DNA of 64,000 nucleotides from Candidatus Kaiserbacteria bacterium (GTDB lineage Bacteria; Patescibacteriota; Minisyncoccia; Phycocordibacterales; UBA2100): NCBI GenBank assembly GCA_016186765.1, contig JACPLD010000003.1, positions 6,121 to 70,120 of the forward strand, read 5' to 3'. Shown piece by piece: positions 59,684 to 64,000 of this stretch (position 1 is its first letter; each line of letters starts with the position of its first letter). The notes under the pieces were generated by a model. It saw only the letters and a program-made list of their open reading frames with translations, ran no database searches and was not told where the DNA came from. The position numbers and the translations under genes were made by a program.

Positions 59684-60934
59684 ATGGCAAACGGCAAGGA
59701 CGATGAGCACCTGAAAGATCGAGACCACAAAAAACTCGGTCGCGAGCTCGATCTCTTTACCTTCTCCGATACCGTCGGCAAAGGTCTTCCCCTTTTCACC
59801 GCTAAAGGCGCAGCGATACGGCGCGAGCTGGAGCGCTTTATCGTTGACGAAGAGATCCGTCGCGGCTACCAACACGTGCACACGCCCGACATCGCGAAGC
59901 TCGACCTGTATCGAAAGAGCGGCCACTATCCGCACTACAAAGATTCGATGTATGCGCCCATCATTATCGACGACGAGGAGTTCATGCTCCGTCCGATGAC
60001 CTGTCCGCATCACTTCGAGCTCTACCTCGACAAGCCACGCAGCTACCGAGAGCTCCCCATGCGCATCGCCGAACTCGCAAATCTCTATCGCTACGAGCAG
60101 TCGGGCGAGCTGATGGGCCTGCAGCGCGTGCGCACGTTCTGCCTCGCCGACGCACACATCATCTGCGCCTCCGAGGAGGAGGCTGCCGAAGAAATGGGAA
60201 AAGCACTCGACCTTATCGAATACGTTGCGGGCGTCTTCGGCCTCAAACAGGGCGAAGAGTACCGCTACCGTCTTTCGCTCGGCGATAGGACAAACACAGA
60301 AAAATATTATAAGAACGATGCCGCGTGGGAGAAAAGCGAGATACTCCTGCGCAAACTCATGAAAGAACGCCGTGGGAAATTCGAAGAAGCGAAAGACGAA
60401 GCAGCGTTTTACGGCCCCAAGATCGACATTCAAATGAAAAACGTGAACGGCAAAGAAGACACCGCCTTCACCGTGCAATACGACTTCTGTATGCCTGACC
60501 GTTTCGATCTCACCTATATCGCGCAAGACGGCACGAAGAGGCGCGCGTTCGTGGTGCATCGCTCCTCCATAGGCGCGATCGAGCGCATCGTCGCTTTCCT
60601 CATCGAACATTACGCCGGCATCTTCCCGCTCTGGCTCTCGCCTGTGCAAGTGAAAATACTTCCCGTTTCCGAAAAGCACGCGGCGTACGCAAGCGACATT
60701 GCAAAAGAGTTGCGCGAGGTCGGTATTCGCATCGAGCTCGACGATTCGAATGAGACGCTCGGGAAGCGCATTCGAAATGCAAAAACCGAGAAAGTTCCGT
60801 ACCTCCTCGTCGTTGGCAACGACGAAGTCGCAGCCAAGACCGCGACGCTTGAAGGACGCGAAGGTAAGGTTGGTACGTTCGCGCTCACAAACGTGACCAA
60901 GCGGCTGCAAGAAGAGATACGTGCGCGGCGATAA
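59684..60934 (+). CDS. thrS: threonyl-tRNA synthetase, catalytic plus anticodon-binding domains only (no TGS or editing domains)
   Basis: Class II motifs (MLRPMTCPHH..., RVRTFCLADAHI, FYGPKIDI) and a C-terminal anticodon-binding domain. About 416 aa from ATG 59684. The ORF-track TTG start at 59597 is rejected. Confidence 0.8.
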   Translation: MANGKDDEHLKDRDHKKLGRELDLFTFSDTVGKGLPLFTAKGAAIRRELERFIVDEEIRRGYQHVHTPDIAKLDLYRKSGHYPHYKDSMYAPIIIDDEEFMLRPMTCPHHFELYLDKPRSYRELPMRIAELANLYRYEQSGELMGLQRVRTFCLADAHIICASEEEAAEEMGKALDLIEYVAGVFGLKQGEEYRYRLSLGDRTNTEKYYKNDAAWEKSEILLRKLMKERRGKFEEAKDEAAFYGPKIDIQMKNVNGKEDTAFTVQYDFCMPDRFDLTYIAQDGTKRRAFVVHRSSIGAIERIVAFLIEHYAGIFPLWLSPVQVKILPVSEKHAAYASDIAKELREVGIRIELDDSNETLGKRIRNAKTEKVPYLLVVGNDEVAAKTATLEGREGKVGTFALTNVTKRLQEEIRARR

Positions 60935-60941
60935 AACAAAA

Positions 60942-60970
60942 ACTCCCCGGTGGGGAGCTTTTGTTCTTTG
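60942..60970 (+). terminator. Rho-independent terminator after thrS (CTCCCC-GGTG-GGGAG followed by CTTTTGTT)
   Basis: Stem-loop followed by a T-rich tract 8 nt after the stop. Confidence 0.6.
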
Positions 60971-60977
60971 GAGTTTT

Positions 60978-60998
60978 CCCTGCCCGCCGGCAGGCAGG
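60978..60998. repeat. GC-rich palindromic repeat (CCCTGCCCGCCGGCAGGCAGG), REP-like family copy C
   Basis: About a 9-bp stem; located between the thrS terminator and the 3' end of the repeat-protein gene. Confidence 0.55.
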
Positions 60999-61021
60999 TC
61001 GCGAGAGCGGCGGCACTATTT

Positions 61022-62452
61022 TTAACTTCGATTCACGACGATGTGCGGTGCCTGACCATTTGCCGACTCTGCGAACGTCATCGAATCCTTCGGAGAAACA
61101 ACTGCGGTGTGCGCGACCGGAAGTGCCTCAGGAACGCGAGATGCGCGAACTGGGGCAAATGTCTTCGGAGCCACCGTCTGCTTGAACATCGCGGGCGCCT
61201 TCTCGATGCGAACACCGAACATCCGACGACTACCGAAGAGAGAGTGCGCGAAGTTCGCTGCGCCGCCCCTGTAGTAGATCACGAGGTAGGCGGAAGCGAG
61301 CGCGAAGGAAAGGAGGCCGAGCCAGTAGATGGCGTTGCCGAAGGCGCCGAGATCGAAGCCCGTGTATGGAATTTGCGAGAGTGAGACGTAGGGGTACGCA
61401 CCGGAGACGTTCACGTAGGTCGTGCAGTTTCGCGTTCCGCCGTAGCCGGAGATTGTGAGCGTGTAGGTGGTCGAGACATTCGGGCGAACCGCAAGTGTGC
61501 TGTTCGGAGCGACAATGCCGATCCCATCGGAGAGCCATGCACTCGTTGCACCGTAGCTCGTCCAGCTAAGTATCGCTGCCTGGCCGTTCTGAATGTAGCT
61601 GGGAGAGGCCGTGATCACACAGTAGAGACCTTGCGCGGGGTAGATCGGTGCAGGAGGAATCGGCTGGGGGTACGTGTACTGCACAAGCGGCTGAGGCGTC
61701 GCAGGCGCAAGCGTCGTCGAATTGAAGCTGCTGTTGATCGAGTTGTCGATGTTGTTCACGCTCGTGTTGCAACTGTTCCCGACGCAGGTGTTGGTGGTGA
61801 GGTTCGAAGAAGGAGTCGTGATGATTGGAGGCTGGGGCTGCGGCCGCGGAGGCGGGTAGCTAATCGGCGGAGCAATGACCGGAGGCGCGGAAGCATACCT
61901 CGGGGCCGTCACTGGCATCGGTGCAGAAGGGAACGGGCGGGGGGGCGACGAGAAGCTCTGACAGGTGACACACGGAGGAGTAGAGTAGCTCGGGTAGCTC
62001 TGCGCGACATCATAGACATCATAGACGTCGTACACATCGTAGACGTCGTAGACATCATAGACATCATAGACATCGTATACGTCATACGTGTCGTAGTAGC
62101 CTAGATTATCCCCGTAGGAGTCGTAGTACCCGAGGTTATCTCCGTAGGAATCGTAATAACCAAGATTTTCTCCGTACGAATCATAGTAGCCGAGGTTGTC
62201 TCCGTAGGAGTCGTAGTAGCCCAGATTGTCGCCGTACGAATCGTAGTAGCCAAGGTTGTCGCCCCATGTGTCGTAGTAGCCAAGATCACCGTACGAATCG
62301 TAGTACCCAAGGTTGTCTCCGTAGGAGTCGTAGTAGCCCAGATCTTGTGCACGGCTCAACTGAGGTAGAACCAAGGTTACCGCGACGAGAACAGCAATAT
62401 ACAAAAAAGCACTACGAGCCACCGCAATGTTCTGTGAGAATGAATAATTCAT
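61022..62452 (-). CDS. secreted Tyr-rich tandem-repeat protein with a signal peptide, Pro-rich linker, globular region and C-terminal TM helix (putative cell-surface protein)
   Basis: Signal peptide ending ...LSRAQ. About 10 DNLGYYDSYG decapeptide repeats, then 9 YDV repeats. A P-rich PRPFPSAPMPV...PPRPQPQPP linker follows, then a C-terminal hydrophobic IYWLGLLSFALASAYLVIYY segment. Confidence 0.7.
   Translation of the reverse strand: MNYSFSQNIAVARSAFLYIAVLVAVTLVLPQLSRAQDLGYYDSYGDNLGYYDSYGDLGYYDTWGDNLGYYDSYGDNLGYYDSYGDNLGYYDSYGENLGYYDSYGDNLGYYDSYGDNLGYYDTYDVYDVYDVYDVYDVYDVYDVYDVYDVAQSYPSYSTPPCVTCQSFSSPPRPFPSAPMPVTAPRYASAPPVIAPPISYPPPRPQPQPPIITTPSSNLTTNTCVGNSCNTSVNNIDNSINSSFNSTTLAPATPQPLVQYTYPQPIPPAPIYPAQGLYCVITASPSYIQNGQAAILSWTSYGATSAWLSDGIGIVAPNSTLAVRPNVSTTYTLTISGYGGTRNCTTYVNVSGAYPYVSLSQIPYTGFDLGAFGNAIYWLGLLSFALASAYLVIYYRGGAANFAHSLFGSRRMFGVRIEKAPAMFKQTVAPKTFAPVRASRVPEALPVAHTAVVSPKDSMTFAESANGQAPHIVVNRS
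62004..62095. repeat. tandem 9-nt coding repeat array (GTCGTAGACATC-type units) encoding (YDV)x9
   Basis: Seen directly in the sequence. Confidence 0.85.
62091..62345. repeat. tandem 30-nt coding repeat array (about 8-10 units of GTCGTAGTAGCCCAGGTTGTCTCCGTAGGA-type)
   Basis: Seen directly; the units differ by a few synonymous or conservative changes. Confidence 0.85.
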
Positions 62453-62559
62453 AGCAGATTTTGCCTACGGTTACGGTTATTTTGTTAATTTCGGCGTTAC
62501 TTTACTGTATTTTTTAAAACTGTCAAGTCTTCGCATTATCAGACAGAAATAAGGAGGAA

Positions 62560-62589
62560 ACGGGCTGGCAACAGTCTGCCAAAGCCCGT
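62560..62589 (-). terminator. hairpin (ACGGGC-TGGCA...TGCCA-GCCCGT) downstream of the secreted-protein gene on the minus strand
   Basis: Inverted repeat followed, on the minus strand, by a T-rich tract. Confidence 0.45.
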
Positions 62590-62607
62590 CCCTCCGTGTC
62601 CGCTAAA

Positions 62608-63045
62608 TCAACGGACACATGCGATGTGCCACCGCTTGTCGCCGCGGAACTTCTGATCCGCGGTGAAAGCGGGTGCGTTCGTCTTGCCCTTCACGGGCTC
62701 CAGCTTGACCTTTCTCGAAGGGCAAGCCTTGTCAGCGTCTGGCGCCATGTTGAGAGCGGACGGCGGAGCGCCGTTCCCGCCAGACACGATGGTCCAGACG
62801 TTGCCGGCCCCATCCTTAAAAGTGTTCGGGGCGAGCTCCTCCGCGGCGGGTGCAGGGGTTGCCTGCGCCGCGGACGCGGGGTCTGGGTGGTTGCACTCAG
62901 GCTGACCACCTGGGTGCGGGATGAACCGCCCCCCGTCGGCCTCGCATTGAGCCTTCAGCTCGGCCTCGGTGGCCGCCGAAGCGGGCATCGAGGCGAGGGC
63001 CGGTAGCGCGAAGGTCGCGACGAGAGCAAGCATCATCTTTTTCAT
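62608..63045 (-). CDS. secreted Cys-containing hypothetical protein (signal peptide MKKMMLALVATFALPALASMPASA)
   Basis: Start ATG at 63045 is preceded by a GGAGGAATCC RBS; the ORF-track start at 63267 is rejected. Confidence 0.45.
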   Translation of the reverse strand: MKKMMLALVATFALPALASMPASAATEAELKAQCEADGGRFIPHPGGQPECNHPDPASAAQATPAPAAEELAPNTFKDGAGNVWTIVSGGNGAPPSALNMAPDADKACPSRKVKLEPVKGKTNAPAFTADQKFRGDKRWHIACVR

Positions 63046-63326
63046 GGATTCCTCCATTGCCGGGCCCTCATGACCGGCGGTTTGAGCGAGGGCTGGGTGA
63101 GCGCGACATATCTCGTGCGCACACAGCCCTCGCTTTGCAGTGGCAATTGACAAAGAACAAATGGGCTTACCAGCCCAGCAACACGCCTTGAAATAAGACA
63201 TGCAACTGGATGGGCAAGACAAGAACTTTAAGGAGCAGGATTGTATCATTGATTCCCGCATTGTCAAGGTCTATAGAGACGGCCCAGGAAGTAAGCTCCT
63301 GGGCCGGTTCCTCATGAGAGGAAGGT

Positions 63327-63536
63327 TCAATCGCACTCGGGTACGATCGCGTAGACGGGCACGCCGTCCTCGTTATTCTTGACGAATGTGCTTCGCCAGG
63401 CACATTCTTTTTCTTTTTCGTCGCTGGTCCGCTGCCACCCCTCGTAATTTGGACTCGGTAGTGGCCAGTGCAAAATGGTGAGCCAAATCACCAGCACGGC
63501 CAGGACGGTGAGAACGATGGCTGATCCCACGTTCAT
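63327..63536 (-). CDS. small single-TM hypothetical protein (70 aa)
   Basis: Start ATG at 63536 is preceded by AAGGAGGAATCC, the same RBS-start context as the ORF at 62608-63045. Confidence 0.35.
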   Translation of the reverse strand: MNVGSAIVLTVLAVLVIWLTILHWPLPSPNYEGWQRTSDEKEKECAWRSTFVKNNEDGVPVYAIVPECD

Positions 63537-63694
63537 GGATTCCTCCTTTCGTGAGTTGTTGCGACGTTGGGCTTCGCTATTGCGCACTGCCGAAGTGACA
63601 GACGCGAAGTTGGGCTCGACGACCGCATCCACGGGTATGTGGAGACGATTATCCGGACCCCACCAGGGTTTTTTGTCTGGCATGTCCACCTCCC

Positions 63695-63973
63695 TTATAT
63701 CGCCTTCGGAGGCTCAGGCGTTTTCTGCCCACCTGCAAGGCTTTCGATGGCGGGGATCACTACGTGTGGAGGAACATTCTTCACCGGGATGAGCTCCCCT
63801 GTGAAGGGATTCTTCAGCGACCAGTTAATGTCGATGACGCCGTCACAAGTTGCACGAATCTCCCGCTGACTCGGCAACGGCACGGCCGCTGGTGCGACGC
63901 TTGCGACGGGCTGTCCTGCCGGTACACTCCCGCGCAACGATGACGCTCGGTAGTCTTCGCCCCGATTGACCAA
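63695..63973 (-). CDS. hypothetical protein (may extend beyond the window edge)
   Basis: ORF only; no recognisable motif. Confidence 0.2.
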   Translation of the reverse strand: MVNRGEDYRASSLRGSVPAGQPVASVAPAAVPLPSQREIRATCDGVIDINWSLKNPFTGELIPVKNVPPHVVIPAIESLAGGQKTPEPPKAI

Positions 63974-64000
63974 GTAGTCGAAAATGGCAAAGCCAGTGAA

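Noticed and set aside
62004-62345. Possible CRISPR array suggested by regular 30-nt repeats
   Set aside because: The units are contiguous with no unique spacers. They are in-frame coding repeats of a secreted protein (DNLGYYDSYG), and there are no cas genes.

Overview
This 64 kb window (about 58% GC) is dense with housekeeping genes from a streamlined bacterial chromosome, with several non-core loci embedded in it. Core genes recognised from signature motifs include gyrA, rpsA, pth, lepB, ftsA-ftsZ, trxB, pyrE-pyrF, gpmA, a gpt-like PRTase, tsaC and tsaD, valS, rpoD-dnaG, uppS, rpoC and rpoB, trmD, rpsP, rnc, rpmF, rnhB, dnaE and thrS. Three tRNAs are present: Ser-CGA, Glu-UUC and Val-GAC. 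The overall content (minimal ThrRS, short 4-domain S1, lone AICARFT, isopentenyl-phosphate kinase, many small membrane proteins) suggests a reduced-genome bacterium, possibly CPR/Patescibacteria-like; that is inference only. The loci worth a second look are: (1) two distinct IS200/IS605-like HUH-Y1 transposase elements, each bracketed by its own directly repeated palindromic hairpin; one abuts a truncated GNAT gene; (2) three tandem paralogous small secreted two-helix proteins (candidate VirB2/TrbC-like pilins) next to a lone solute-binding protein; (3) a low-GC islet of small Cys-rich and membrane ORFs inserted beside tRNA-Ser/tRNA-Glu; (4) a highly repetitive Tyr-rich secreted protein, with about 10 decapeptide repeats, 9 YDV repeats, a Pro-rich linker and a C-terminal TM helix; (5) two families of GC-rich intergenic palindromic repeats (REP-like); (6) unusual gene architectures: a NusB-Nudix fusion, a HisRS-like protein lacking motif 2, an AICARFT-only PurH and a ThrRS lacking the editing/TGS domains; (7) a (TTTTGCC)x4 heptamer repeat inside trmD. 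No rRNA or CRISPR array was seen. All calls rest on recognising motifs in the translated ORFs by eye; no searches were run.
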